Assembly (NCBI GenBank): GCA_964016885.1
Contig: OZ024740.1
Coordinates: 372,930,001 to 372,994,000 of the forward strand
DNA: 64,000 bases
From: Eledone cirrhosa
Lineage: Eukaryota
Reading direction: 5' to 3'
Positions within the stretch are counted from its first letter, which is position 1. Every line of letters begins with the position of its first letter. Positions 1 to 15,879 of the stretch are shown here, piece by piece. The notes under the pieces were generated by a model. It searched no databases and was not told where the DNA came from. It saw only the letters and a program-made list of their open reading frames with translations. Both the position numbers and the translations under genes were made by a program.

Positions 1-169
1 TAACTAACTTAGATAATTATAAGTTACCTCCCCTACATTGTTTCTCTATAAAAAAATAAAAAATTAGCACTTAACTATAAACTACCCACACTTTCTAATC
101 TCTCTAGGTGTTACTTCTCCTTAAATCACCCTCTAATTAGTAAGGTAAATATGTCCCTTGGCGGCCATT

Positions 170-553
170 AAGGCTGACAATTGATACAACCATATTGACA
201 CCATAGTGAAATACCAATATATGGGACATTACATTATGTAACATTCTCTCCTTATTTTAAATTATATTCATTTGAATTTCCGATGAGCCGCTCTATTTTT
301 AAATATGTTAATTATTTTCAACTAAACCAGATCAATAATGATATATAGTCATCTGATCCAGAAATATTATATGGAGTAGCGAAACAATTGTAAACGGACA
401 TGGGTAATTGCTGGCCTTGTGCCTAAAATAGAAACAATTATTATTAATAATATTATTATTTTCTCTTCATTCCTTACATCAAACTAAAATATGTTGACAA
501 TATTTTAATAATGTCTTCCTTGTGAAATTTGTCGCCTTGTTTCGCTTAACTAA

Positions 554-556
<3 letters not shown>
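170..556 (+). repeat. HHR-bearing dispersed repeat (probable PLE pLTR fragment), copy 1; copy 2 at about 20525-20887
   Basis: Near-identical to 20525-20887 (acattacattatgtaacattc...ttaactaatgaa); both copies end in (TA)n. Confidence 0.85.
277..395 (+). ncRNA. Type I hammerhead ribozyme, CCGAUGA core variant with long loop II
   Basis: CCGATGA at 280-286; stem II GCCGCTCTAT/ATGGAGTAGC; GAAAC-AATT-GTA with palindromic stem III ACAATTGT. Confidence 0.65.
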
Positions 557-1817
<1,261 letters not shown>

Positions 1818-2441
1818 CGTTTCTGAATTTGTTTAGCAAGATTCTTTATATGTATATGCCTATCTTTGGAAACGTGAACATGGGCGCCTTACCATCATAA
1901 CCTTCATCGACATGAAATTTATATTTTAGCCAGAAAAGAAAGGAGAGTAACAATTACATTTACTACACCTTCCTCGGGTGATAGACGTGATATTCAACTT
2001 GATGAGGTGATAGACGTGATATTCAACTTGAACATTTCCAAATTATTGTTCGTATGGCAGCGAGGAAGATATTATCCGAACACTTTGGGCGGAGTGAACT
2101 TAGTTATAAGGTGGTATTGTAAGTCCATATTCTATTTAAACCCACCTTCACTGACCAATCAATATTTTATTGACACGAGACGTGGTATAACACAGAAAAC
2201 AGAATAAAGATTACTTTGGTTATAATATACGAACGAATATTGTAGAAGATTCGAGAACAGTGAATCTTATTTCTATAACCTCAATAAACAGAAGATCTAA
2301 ATGTCAGAGCTAGTGAAAATATATGCTATTTTCAAAAATACACAGTCACTGATCGGCCTGATTTTCATATTAGCAGACTGGCTGATCAGTCAGATCTGCA
2401 TATTAGCAGATCCACTGACAGTTTGGCAGGTGAACACTGAG

Positions 2442-2484
2442 CTGTACTGATGGAGGGTGATACCCAGAAACATTAGTGTCTGCA
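2442..2484 (+). ncRNA. Hammerhead ribozyme copy with A9G change
   Basis: CTGTA-CTGATGG-AGGGT GAT ACCCA-GAAAC ATTAGT GTC-TGCA. Confidence 0.6.
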
Positions 2485-2877
2485 ATTCTGTTCGCATGCG
2501 AACTCAAGAGCAAGAATGAAGTGTTCATTCTACTGAGATGGCTATATAATTAAGGCTTGTTTGCAAAATTGAAACCGAACCGAATGTTATTATTAATATT
2601 CGAAAACCTCAGATAACAGTTATTGTATTCAGCCATGTAGTGCGAAATTTTCTTTTTTATTTGAATTTGGCAAAACCGGCCATTTATCGCTCGTATACAG
2701 GAAACTGACTGGCCAATCTGCTGATATGCAAATTTGGCTGATCAGTGGATCTGCTAATATGCAGATTAGACTGATCAGCCAGTCTGCTAATATGCATATC
2801 ACGCCGATCAGTCACTGTATTTTTGAAAATAGGATATATTTTCACTAGCTCTGACGTTTTGGCAGGTGAACAGTGAG

Positions 2878-2921
2878 CTGTACTGATGAAGGGTGATACC
2901 CAGAAACATTAGTGTCTGCAG
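2878..2921 (+). ncRNA. Type I hammerhead ribozyme
   Basis: Stem I CTGTA/TGCAG, CTGATGA, stem II GGGT/ACCC, GAAA, stem III ACA-TTAG-TGT, GUC cleavage triplet ending at 2916. Confidence 0.8.
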
Positions 2922-3205
2922 GTCTGTTCGCATGCCAACACAAGGGCAAGAATAAAGTGTTCATTCTACTCACATGGCTATAACATTGAGGCTTGTTTGC
3001 AAAATTGTAAACGAATCGAGTGTTATTATTAATATTCGAAAAGCTCAGATTACATTTATTGTATTCAGCCATGTAGAGCGAAATTTTCTTATATATTTAT
3101 ATATATCCGTGGATATCTCTGTGCATTTGGCTCCTTCAATATATTTTTTCATAATTGATTATGATATTTAGTTGAGCTCTTTTTTCATCTAATTACTGCA
3201 TCACA

Positions 3206-5837
3206 ATGGAAAAACAATATTTGGGTACCTCGTTGAAGAATATTCCAATTCCATCTAAAGATGAATATATACTCTTGCTAATACAAAAAACTAACCAATT
3301 TATTAGGAGAATGCGATGGAGGGCCTATCATTTTGACAACAAAACCAATACAAATGAAATGAAGTACCGCTATGGATTCAAAACTTATAAACATCCTCCT
3401 CATAATATTCAACTTGAAATATTTTGAGAGCGCCCTACTGAACATGATTAAAAACATAAAGTTCAGAAAACACAAATCTGAATTCCAAAGGGATTAGACT
3501 CTACTCTTCTACAACTGAAAAATTCAAAAAAGGTCCATGTCCATTCTGACAAAACTGGTAATCTGTACCATACGGATATCGATAAATATGACCAGTTCAT
3601 ATATAAAGAACTAATAAATAACTATAAGAAAGCAAGCACCACCGCACTGATATCCTTGAACAACATATCATGTGATATAGTAAAAAAACTCCATATTGAA
3701 GATAGAACTGAGCCTTTCACACCTAAAAGCCCGCACTTCAACCTGAAGGACCATAAATCTGACTCTAATTCGAACCAATCTATTAGACTGATATGCCCAT
3801 CAAGATCTGATATCGGTAATATCAGAAAGAAAATTATTGATCGAATCATTCCGCAAATTAAAAAATTTGTAACACTTCCATTATGGGATAACACTTCCCA
3901 AGTTATTGAATGGTTCATTAGCATCGAGAATAAAAACTCAGCTTCATTAATTTAATTCGACATCGATTCTTACTATTCTTCGATTTCTCCAATTCTTTTA
4001 AAAAAGCACTGTTCTTCGCCAGAAATAGATCGGATTTATCTACTGAGGAAATTAACATCATAACTAACGCTAGAAAAACCTTACTAAACTTTCAAGAAGA
4101 ACACTGGACAAGAAACACGTATAACAACTTATTCGATATTACGATGGGATCCATGGATTCTGCTCAAGTTACAGACCTCATTGGACTATTTCTCCTATAT
4201 AATATTCATTCCTCTTTACCCACCTCAAAGGTGGTCTTTATCGGGATGATTATCTATTGTTATCTAACAATCTTAGCAATTCCAATATAGAGAAAAACAA
4301 AAAACAAATTAGAAAATTCCTCAAGGACTATTACAACCTTAACATCACCTTTGAAAACAATTCAAACGTAGCTAATTAGCTTGACGTTACTTTCGACCTC
4401 TCTACGAATATTTATCAAACTTACCACAAACTCAACTAGAATCTACACTATGTACATTCACGCTCTAACCACCCTGGCTCTATACTCAAAAACTTACTAT
4501 ATAACATATCTCTTAGACTTTCTAAATTATCTTCCAATGAAAATATATGTTATAATAATGCAACCTTCTACAACGAGGCCTTAACTAGAAGTGGATATAA
4601 AGAAACAAATTCATATATCCCCAACACTACTATGGACCAAAATATAAAACCTAGCAAAAACTACAAACACCAAAAAATACCATTGAAACAAATACTTAAT
4701 GGGGTTATTCCTATTATACCAAACAACCGAAAAACCACAACAGCTATTACTACACGATCTATGACCAATGTTATCAACTCACATATGAATACCAAGCATT
4801 CAAAATCTCAATCTTCCCAATAATAACACCAAATATATCCACGGTAGTTTACCAAATTCCACAAATACAGATACTAACCATAGGAATTCTTCTAGAACAC
4901 AGCACATTAATATAAGTGGTAATAAGAACTTAACTAAAAACCGCAAAAGAAATATAACATGGAACAACGCACCCTTCAAACTGCAAACTATTGGACACGT
5001 CCCCCAAAAAATTCTTCGAAATTCTACATAAACAATTTCCACCAAACCACAGATAGCACCAAATATTTAACAGATATACTGTTAAATTCTCATACTATAC
5101 ATCAAACAATCTCCAGAAAAAAATAAGCAACTATAACATTTTTAAATTTAAAAATAATATGACCACACCACCACAACATAATTTAAATAGGACTGCACCT
5201 TTTAAAAGGACAAATAATACAATCCTTCAACCTGGAAAACATAACCACCCAAGTCACCAACACAAAAACCACATAACACAAAATCACAATACAACCCTAG
5301 CACTAAATCACCCACAAAGCAACCTTCATTCTCCCGCTAACATTAATTACAATAGGAATAGCTCAAGGATTAATGAGAACGGTATAGGTACCCCCAACAA
5401 CCATCTTACGTATGGTTGTAATTGCAGAATTAGAAGCATTTTCCCCTTAAATGGCAACTGTTTGATTAATAATGTAATATATAAATCCACTTTGTCTACT
5501 ACTGACTCCAACAAAACATATATAGGATCTACATCGACCACATTTAAGAAAAGATTAACGCACACCCTAGTAGTTTTAACAATACTAAACTAGCTAAGAT
5601 AAGATCTTTAGCTGACGCAGTAAATAACTATAAAAAGAAAAAAATAGATTTCAAGCTATCGTGGAATACCATTCTACAAATAACTCCATATCTTGGGAAC
5701 AGGAGATAATGCAGGTTATGTTGAGGGGAGATCTTGGAAATTACTAAATCTAAGGACGATTTATTGAATAAAAGACAGGAACTGATTATAGTTTGTAATC
5801 ACCGTATACGAAAAACATTTAAATACTATAAACATAA
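3206..5837 (+). mobile_element. Penelope-like retroelement, decayed RT plus GIY-YIG ORF
   Basis: Fragments SLKNIPIP, FDIDSYYSSIS, FDITMGSMDSAQVTDLIG, YRDD, LDVTFDL, CNCR..PLNGNCL..NVIYK..KTYIGST and LLNKRQEL; several stops and frameshifts. Confidence 0.93.
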
Positions 5838-6046
5838 TTAAATATTCTAAATAGCAACTCACTATAATTCTATGTAGCGTAACATTTGTTAGTAACCCGT
5901 TCCCCTAATTATACGCATTCATGCTTATTTCTTACCTTTTAATTTGTTATCTTCCTTAGATTTATGCGTTAATGAGTAAGGGCAACAAGGTTCACAACCA
6001 CCCATAATTGAATGAGTAAATATGTATCTATGTATGTATGATATGG

Positions 6047-6110
<64 letters not shown>

Positions 6111-6537
6111 ATGTGTGTATATGCGTGTATATGTGTATGAGTGTTTAAGTGTGTGTGTACATACATATATATATATATGTGTGTATAGGTGTGTATATGT
6201 AAACATATATATAAATATATGTGTATATGATTGTGTGCACATGTGTAGATGTATGTATATGTTTGCATCTATTCATGCGTATGTATATTTTTAATTGAGT
6301 ATCAATATAACTATACCTCTATCTATACTGTGGGTATAAGCACTTTGTGACCTATGACATTTATGCGTTTTGACTATGTCAACATGCATTTATCTGAGTT
6401 TGATTATTTATACATGGACATACTTGAAAGTATTTTAAGGCGTATCATAAATTGTATTATACTAAGTACAATTTACCACACCGTACTATATTGTGTTACA
6501 TTATATTATATTATTGTATTACTGTATTTCATTATCT

Positions 6538-6708
6538 TGGTAGAGGGTCAGACGCCATGCTTTGACGCATAGAGTTACGGTTCTTGCCATTCTGAGTTCA
6601 AATTCCGCCAAGGTTAACTTTGCCTTTCATCCTTATGGGGGTCGATAAAATAAAGTACTAGCAATACACTGGGATAACTGCTGGCCTTGTGCCAAAAGTA
6701 GAAAAAAT
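6538..6708 (+). mobile_element. tRNA-derived SINE (family A)
   Basis: B-box GAGTTCAAATTCC and body ttaactttgcctttcatccttatgggggtcgataaaataaagtac shared with many copies in the window. Confidence 0.85.
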
Positions 6709-7083
6709 ATCTTATTATAATTTTCATCTTTTAATATACCATTTTTCCTAGTCATGACCTTAATTTATATTAACCTAAAAACTCCATACCACACAACTCA
6801 ACATTTAAATTTTACATTCCTTTTAAACTTCACTATACCATATACATTCAACTGTCAATTTGACAATCCCGTTCTTCTTAATATATTCTTTATAGCAATT
6901 CCCTATTAACACCATTCAACCATTCCTTTCAAAGGGTCATGACCTCAACTAAGGTGAATTATTTTTCATCTTAACATCATATGGAAAAAACAATCTGATT
7001 GGTTTCTTCTTCAGCTACCTCCAAATAAGGTCATAGAACTCAACTTAATACTAATTTACTACTAATTTTGAATAAAATTTTTA

Positions 7084-7222
7084 TTGCTTTTGACAACAGC
7101 TGGTGATATGCATGTAAGTAAATATTTTTCTTATCTGATATTTTGTAACTAACCTTACATAGATCGATAATGAAGTATAGTTACGATGTATTATCATCAC
7201 CTAGAAACGATCGTAAAGCAGT
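7084..7222 (+). ncRNA. Hammerhead ribozyme, U3-A8 core variant
   Basis: Stem I TTGCTT/AAGCAG; core TTGACAA; imperfect stem II (GGTGAT/ATCACC); GAAAC-GATC-GTA with palindromic stem III. Confidence 0.6.
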
Positions 7223-8296
7223 GCAGTATATTTCTAATGACTTGATTTTTATTTCATTGTTTTAACTTATATATAAACCTGAATTATCAAAGATGGGTCT
7301 GCGTCACCAAATTTGAGTTTATTTAGTGAAACTAAATAGGAATGTAAAGGAATAGAATGACATACATTGTATTGTCATATATTACCTCTAACATGTGAGT
7401 TATACTGGAACTCATTTCGGCCTGTGCGGATAGGAATTACTGTACGATACAACTTTAACCGTCTGTTGCCATTCGGTTTAATAAGCAATGTTTCTTTTAG
7501 AAATATTTGATAAATCATTCAAAACATTTAGCAAGTGTTTAACATGACTTAAACTTTACAATCTGAAAGGGCCATGCTTTATTGTTAGTGTTAATTAAGA
7601 TAATTGCTGCAGGATAATAGATAACTATCTGTAGTAGGTCAGCAGCATACTAGTTGTTATTTAAGTAAACTATATAACTAAGTAAAGTTTGGCAAGTGTT
7701 GATAACAGGAAAATAAATACAGAACATTGTTTTGGCACACTGCTTCGCTGGAAGTATTTTCATTTTAGTGTTAATTAATGTTGGCAACTGATAGTCTGCT
7801 AAGGGAAATACGAATATATTTCGATCAACTCATCTATAACATTGTCTGTACAAGGATTCTAAAGGAAGCGCCATGCAATGCGGTATCTAAACGCAGGTAA
7901 AACAAGCGTCTAATCAAATATTACCATGCATTGTAAGTCATGCATAAAAGGAATTACATTATAAATTTGTTTTCTGGCTTTATTACAATAGACTGATAAT
8001 GCGAAGACGAAATGCACATGAGCAACAATAATTCTATAGTATTGACCTTAGAGTCCTTTCTGAATGTTCTGGACAAAATCCAAACGGAAGAGTCATATCT
8101 GAGATCCAGAATTTCCAGATGAAAATTTAAAATTTAATTACTTCTTGTGTTACGTTTATTTACGGTGTTAGGTTTTCTAGTTATTCAACATAATCAACCC
8201 CATTTACCCATAAACGGATTTTATTTGCTAATCAGATGTAGAATGGATATGGGCACTCATTTTCAATTACAAAAAAGCAGTTACTACTTTATAGGA

Positions 8297-8695
8297 TGTT
8301 GGAGTGTCAGTATCGGTAACAAGTTGCTTCGCGGATCAGTAACGGGCCCTTTATATTCTGTTTTCAAATCCCACCGTGGGATTATCACCCTTATGGTGTC
8401 GGTAAATTGAAACCGCAGTACCGCACTGTCGTCGATTTAATCGATTTCAAAATTGTTAGCATGTGCCTCATTCAGAAATCATTATTGTTATTATCAGTAG
8501 AGCGTTTGACGATATGCTGTGGGTATAGAGTTACGCCCAATTACATTCTGGTTTCAAATCCCGCCGAGGTTAATTTTGCCTTTCGTGATTACGGGGCCGA
8601 TAAAATAAAGTACAAATAACGCACTAAGGTGAATATAATCAACATTTCCATTCTCTTCACATTTCTGTCCTTTTGAGAAATGTGGGAAACAATTA
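8297..8695 (+). mobile_element. Two decayed SINE family A copies
   Basis: ttcaaatccc(a/g)ccg motifs and gataaaataaagtac. Confidence 0.65.
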
Positions 8696-8861
8696 TTACT
8701 ATATGTTTACGTTTTATATTATACTACATTCGCTTCTACTAAGTATGCAATTATTAGTATAAAGGCCTAATCTGTCTGATACACATGGAAATTCAATTGT
8801 TAATTTTCCTCTTACTTTCTAATCTGCTATTAAAACATTGAAAATATCAAACGTCGAAAGG

Positions 8862-8904
<43 letters not shown>

Positions 8905-8905
<1 letters not shown>

Positions 8906-9098
8906 CTGTTTCTACTTTTGGCACAAGGCCAGCAATTATCCCAGTGTATTACTGGTCATTTATTTTATCGACCTCCGTAAGGATGAAAGGCAAAGTTAAC
9001 CTCGGCGGGATTTGATCTCAGACCGTAAAGGGACGTAACTTTATGCTGCAAAGCCATGGGCGTCCGACACTCTATCCGATACTGCCAATCTTCCGCCC
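8905..9098 (-). mobile_element. tRNA-derived SINE (family A)
   Basis: Reverse complement of the family A consensus, including A-box-like TGGCAGTATCGG. Confidence 0.88.
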
Positions 9099-9112
9099 AT
9101 ATATATATATAT

Positions 9113-9248
9113 AACGAAGGAAATGTAGTAAGGACCCAGATGGACCATAACGCACCAAAATACTCAATACTTAGGTTAGTAGAGTGGGTAATAAGAACAA
9201 GTATGACCCCAACGGCTTGAGCTCTGCCGTTGGGGTCATACTTGTTCC

Positions 9249-9251
<3 letters not shown>
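9113..9251 (-). mobile_element. Mini fold-back element, family F (tail plus hairpin), inserted in (TA)n
   Basis: Tail homologous to 19368-19445 and 63062-63137; hairpin arms 9191-9216/9226-9251. Confidence 0.85.
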
Positions 9252-9282
<31 letters not shown>

Positions 9283-9879
9283 ATATATATAGTGTCTGTG
9301 TGTGTGTGTGTGTGTGAGAAGAAACATAACAGGTATCAAACTTAAATTAAATCATTTAAGTGACTTGACCAACGTGCTGATCAACATAGGAATATATTCA
9401 TTCCTATATATACCTTAGTATGTATTTACTCAACATATGTCCATAATATTGCCGAAAACGTAGACAAAATTCAAAATACAGATGGGAAAACGTTAAAAAT
9501 GTTATGGAAGTCTAAAATACGCAATTAAATTCATACTTAGTAATAAAGATTATAAAATGCAGTATCTACAGATATTTTCCTAAGCCATTACATACTAATA
9601 CACAAATACTACTCACTAATATATGTACCCTATAGCTACTGTTATAGGTACACCGACTACATCATATAAATTTAATAACACTTATTAATTGAAGTAACAA
9701 ACATTATAAAATCAACTTTAGTAGAATAATGGTAGCTTAATTCAGTAATCAATATATCAATAATTAAGAGAAGTCTCTAGTAACTGAGAAACTAATAACA
9801 AATTATATCAATAGAACAGAAAGCCTCAATAATGATGATATGTATAAAGTAAATCAGACACATTCACACACACACGGAC

Positions 9880-9940
<61 letters not shown>

Positions 9941-10038
9941 CTTATATATATATAATATAACGAGTGGTGTGTTCATAGACCGATGATGTTATAGAATAGG
10001 GGTGAGAACTCTTTATGACTGGAAAAGTAGTTGCCACC

Positions 10039-10110
10039 GGCTGCTACGAGGAATCGAATACCGAATCTCCAAGATACCGACTAAATGTTCTTAAATCATT
10101 GAGCCAAGAG
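10039..10110 (-). pseudogene. tRNA-like sequence (SINE head or tRNA pseudogene)
   Basis: On the minus strand: A-box-like TGGCTCAATG and B-box-like GGTATTCGATTCC at tRNA-like spacing; no clean cloverleaf. Confidence 0.45.
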
Positions 10111-11385
10111 ACCGTGACACCTCTTACCGTTATGACTTAGCTAGCTGAATCATTACTTTTAAATGTCGTGTAATATCTTCTGTACATAGCCGCTCTTTCG
10201 GACATTCAGAAAGCGCTGAAACAATGAATCTTGGAATTTGATTTTTTCATATATACCAAGATAATTAAAATAATAGTCATTGAATGATATTACTTTATTT
10301 TATTCTAACTCCATATATATTACTTGAGTTCGTTTTAAATAGCTCCTATTATATCTGCTAACACTAACTTAAAATATTAAGAAAATATTGATATATTAAG
10401 ATATATCGTGTGTTTCAATGAGAATATCATCTGGCTGAGCATCTTGGCTCGCGTAATCGTCTTCAGAATGAAGGTGGAACGTCATAGTTATTTCAAACTT
10501 TATAATTATTCTTGCAGTTCACTCGTCCCCACTCTCTCTGGCTCACTCTCCAACAGCCATAGCTTAATGATACTTATTTAAATGTGAAGAGTTATATGTG
10601 TATACAGTAGCTGTTTGCTTTTTCCATCAATAGTGACAGACAGCCAGGTAGTAATTATTTATTACCAATACAGACCGGTATAAGAATAACAATAATTACT
10701 TTTAATAGTATGTTCAACGTTATCTAACATACAATATGCCGAGAGCAATAAACTAAAGTAAATACCATAACATAAACCGGATTTATAAGCATATTTTCAT
10801 ATTCTTAAAGAAAATGAATCTATTTTAATAATGTAAAGCTTTATATAACATCTATAATATAAGCGCAAACACTATATTGGATGTTATATTCGAAACAAAC
10901 CAGGTATCATAAAATACACTTGACATTACATTTCATTAAAAAAATTCGAAGAAATTGTAGATAGGTGTGAATTCACAGAGACTTAGACGGAACGGATATT
11001 AAGTAACGCGTTGTGTGTTTACTGTCCAGAATTAAAATATCTCCATACAGCAGAATTGTTAATGAATGAAATCATTTATAGTATGTACGAAATGCTACCC
11101 GAAAACCATTTGCAGTTAAGAAGTTATACGAAGTCCCTTATGTAAATATTCCAACAGGTCACCAGGGCTACATTCCTTAAAATAACAATTATCAGTTAGG
11201 TAAATGTTGTGAGGCCATACCTATAAAGTACTGGTTACTCTTGAACATATGTATGAATATTTTATTAAGCAGCAAAAGCATATATGAAATGAAATTCTGT
11301 CTTATATCAAATCATCTTTAATAATAATTCTAGTAAACAAACGTGTTTTCAATAAGGCAATATCTCTAGCTATAGTGAGTAACTA

Positions 11386-11780
<395 letters not shown>

Positions 11781-14700
11781 GATATATGAAAACCATATGA
11801 TATGAACATGCTAGAGCGCTTGACAGTAAAATAGATAAAATAATATGTACTGCTTCATATGTATTACCATATTGGATCAATAATGAATTTGTATATACTA
11901 TTGGTTCCTAATATCACGGCGTAAGCAAGTTTGTGTTTAGAATTGATACATGACTTTATGTATTTGCCTTTTAGCATTTATTTTATGTGCCCATTTTTTG
12001 CTTTTGCCTTCAGTTTTTACGGGGATTCTACACTACGTGACTATGTTTAGATATATGCTGCATTTATTATAATATTCCTCAATAAAGAGAAAATACAATC
12101 TGATAAAATACCAAATTCAGGAGATCGGCTGATGAAAATATGTTGCTGCATTACTTCACGTTCCTTTAATTATGCGTTCAGCATCCACTTTTAATCTTTC
12201 TGCTCCCAATAAAATAAGTATTAGTTAATGACTGATCCACGGTATAATGGATCATACCACCGCGTAGAATGTGTCAATCTGTGTATACATTTGATACAAT
12301 TACGTGAAATTTTGCATGAAAACATGTCAGCTGAGAGATTTCCAGAGTGTAACTGTTCTTGGAAAGAATGATTGGCCTGAGTGTATATTTCAGTATTTGC
12401 GGCCAGAGCTAGAATAGAAACGGGGAGGATCGGCATGCGTTTTTACAAGGCAAGGGCAGCTATGTGTTGATGTAACTAATATATACATGAATGACACTTA
12501 TGTGCAGAAAATTATGATGGATTATATCTAGTTATGAGGAAGACTATATTCTTATAGGATTATGTGATTATAAGAACAGCCAAGTTATAGCTATGTCTAC
12601 TTCAGTTGAAACAACTGATAATTGTAGAGAGTGAGAGAAAGAGAGAGTTAAACGGACATATAAAAATTGTTATAAGGTAAAGCCCTTGCTTAATATAATG
12701 TAATATATATTCAATTATTATGCGTGAATACTGTAATATACCGTGAACTGAGCTATATATAGAAACGTCGATCAATGTTATGATTGGAGATTTCTAATCC
12801 AACTAACACCGAATGGAATGTTTCCATAAGTGATTTAAATATCACAAAGTCCAATCTAATTTTATTTCTGTTAAAAGCAATATCAGTGACATTTATGCAA
12901 CACCTAACGAAACTCATAACCATTTCAGTATATGTTCCATGAATCAAAGTAAACATGCCATTTCCCATCCAAATATTCTCAAAAGGTTTCGTATTTTGTG
13001 TTAGAGTAAACAATTTCTACGCACTTGTTTGGCCATGACAATAGTCTAAGTTAGTATTAAAAATGTGTAACTCACTCAACATTTCAAAAATTAGATTGCT
13101 TATATATTTATACATATAAACACACACATATATACACATACCCCCCCCCCCCCACACACACACATACTCACTCACTTACACACATGTATATATTATGCAT
13201 ATATACATGCAGATATTTTACAACTGTCACTACATATAATCATTCGAATCTACGACATGTATTCCTTTATGTCGGAGCTGTAAGTTTATTTTACATATCA
13301 TGTGTCCAGTTCCACAAACATATGTACCATATTTGCCTAGCATCGAGGTTTTAAATACATATTAAGAATTAACATTAGAACATCAATTAACATTAATACT
13401 AAAAATAGACAATGCATTTATCTGTGTTTATTTATATTTTGTTGTTTACAATTTTTGGATTCCAATGTAAGTCCAAGTTACATATTGCAATATTGTCCAT
13501 CCATTTGCAATAGATTCCTAGCTTTGTCAAGTAGAGAGAAAACATATGTCTACTATGGGCCAATCTGCATTGAAAACAATTTACCCTCCGAAACGTTTAT
13601 ATATCACAGACCAAAATAAATGTAACGAAATCATCAATAAATATACTAGAGAATAATATGAACCCTATATACAACAAGGGAAGATGTAATATGAATTGAA
13701 AAATACATTTTTATAGAAAAGGGAATAAATAGATACATTGTTGCAAACAGAAATTTTCACGTCAGTGGCTGCCTTTTTCAGACCGGTATTCTGTGCAGAC
13801 CACAGACTAACAACATTCTATACGTTCACAATACGATATAAAAATCGTATAAAGTGCGTCCCAATTGCAATTCCTCTTAATGTCTGAATCTCTATTCAAA
13901 CAATAGACATATTTCACATGAATATTGTTAAACACGGCATCACGCAATCAATAATCCATTTCTATGATTTCAATGTTTATACCATTGGGCACAAAGGTCG
14001 TATATTGTAAGGTAATATTGTGCTAGGGCCTTTTGACTTTAATGTGTTTCTTAGAGAAGATTTAATATGAACTTGCATGAACTTTGAAGTCTTGATCCTA
14101 CATATTATTTCATTTTTTTGCGTGGTGGTGATGGATTTATTTGGTGGATTTATTATTGTCCGTAGTTTTCTATAATTAGCTGTATGAAGAAGATAAACTG
14201 GTTTTGTGTATGATTGAATTGATGTTGCGATCTCCTATCGTTGAGAGCATACCGCTTCTTAGAAGGAGTTTATTGCTATTCTTTCACTATATTACACGCA
14301 TATAGAAACACGTGTGTGCCGATATATACATCTACATCAGTGAGTGTGTGCATCTTGGCATTTGTATTAGTGAATAACAAAATTGATTAAAGTGCGATGA
14401 TTATTTTTGACGTATTATGTCTTCCTTAGATATAGATAACTGGAGAATGTAAACGGCTTAACATGAAAGACATATAAGTAGCATCGTACAAAAAATGTAA
14501 AGATCTAATTCATTTATTATCCCGGATTATAACAATTTTACCAGTAAGATTACATATTCTCAGCCGAAGAAAATAGAAATCTATATGGCACCAAAAGAAA
14601 ACAAATCAACAAAGTTTCAGAACAAAAGCATAATTTAATGTCATGCATTTTTGTTTACAGTGATTCTCTTAATATGTGAATAATATGTAGTAGATTGTGA

Positions 14701-15487
14701 TACTTACCCCCCATCAGGAGATGGAATGCAGACATCAAAATACGGAAGTCTTTCATTAACGTCATAGCGATGTATAGGCGATAATTCATTCCCGTGCGGC
14801 GGTCAATTCAAATGGTTATCTGATTCAGGAAATAAAATAATTGAATTAATAAATAATGAATGAATAACCTTGTTAAATATATGACCGATTACAATATAAA
14901 CAACAACAATAACAGCTTAATAATACTTTTTAAAATCATATTCGTAAATTCTGCTGGTTCAATTGTTTATAGACATCTATAATACGCTTATATTGATCCG
15001 GAAAATATATTTCAAGAATTCAAATCCGTAGATGAGCTTTCGAATAACGCAGGAATAAAATTTGAATTCACTGATTTACATCTGATCTCGCTCATTAATT
15101 ATGTTTGAAGTAAATCTATAACACTTTCACAAATTTTAGAATCGTAAGGGAAATATCGATACTGGAAATTGTGCAATTTCATTCGCAAACTTCCCTTTGC
15201 AGTCACCCTTATTACCGAACAGAAGAGAATAGTCTCAAAGAATTTATGATACATAAGGGTATCTGTTTGCATTTAATGACATTTTACATTTTATTTTGAA
15301 GAATTTAAATTGTTCTCTCAAAATGTCACACAGTTTTATAGTCTGTTTAAATTGCGTAGTTAATAATTTAAGATTCGTAGATTCGTTTATCAAAACGGGA
15401 GTTGAGCTTAATCACACGTCATGACAAATAATAGTCTTGATCTTAAGTTACAAATAGATTATTTTCATTTTATCATATATATATATA

Positions 15488-15550
15488 GCCGTCTAACCCA
15501 TGGTGGAAGAACGGACGTAAAACGGTGATGATTATGATGAGGATGATGAT
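15488..15550 (+). mobile_element. 3' tail fragment of an RTE-dependent SINE or LINE
   Basis: ccgtctaacccatg...aacggacgtaaaacgg followed by a (GAT)n-like tail. Confidence 0.45.
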
Positions 15551-15879
15551 ATATATATATATATATATATTATAAATAAAATTACATACACTCAAATTAT
15601 ACGCGTAGCCTTAGATTTCGGGGTCCAGTGAAGGCCACTTCTGTATAGTGGAGGAGCCTCTTCAAAAGAGGAGCCTCTTCAAAAAATACGAAAAGGAAAC
15701 ACCTTTATCCGACTAAATTTGGTTTTTAACTGAGGAGAGTCACGTTTTGTGAACAGGTGGGTAATAAAAAAAACCTTCAAATAACAGATTGTTATTTGGT
15801 GGGGATATGGTGTGTTTAAATATTTTTGTGTCGATATGTGACAGAGAGGAATCAAATCATGGTTGTGGGCTTCCCCTTG

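Larger units (their letters stand above)
2303..3090 (+). repeat. Composite repeat: inverted arms 2303-2418/2742-2855 interleaved with direct repeats 2421-2654/2857-3090
   Basis: gtcagagctagtgaaaatatat... is the reverse complement of ...atatattttcactagctctgac; ttggcaggtgaaca...gcgaaattttct occurs twice. Confidence 0.9.

Noticed and set aside
2705-2810. Subrepeats of about 33 bp as a CRISPR-like array (likewise 36580-36668)
   Set aside because: Eukaryotic context, no unique spacers and no cas genes.
12753-14200. ORF 12753-13013 and nearby coding-like sequence as a host gene
   Set aside because: No recognisable domain or exon structure; only faint resemblance to a very decayed PLE.
15609-15684. 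Minus-strand TTGAAGA-GG...CC-GAAAT motif with a 17-bp tandem duplication
   Set aside because: Stems I and III are too weak; possible decayed HHR but unsupported.
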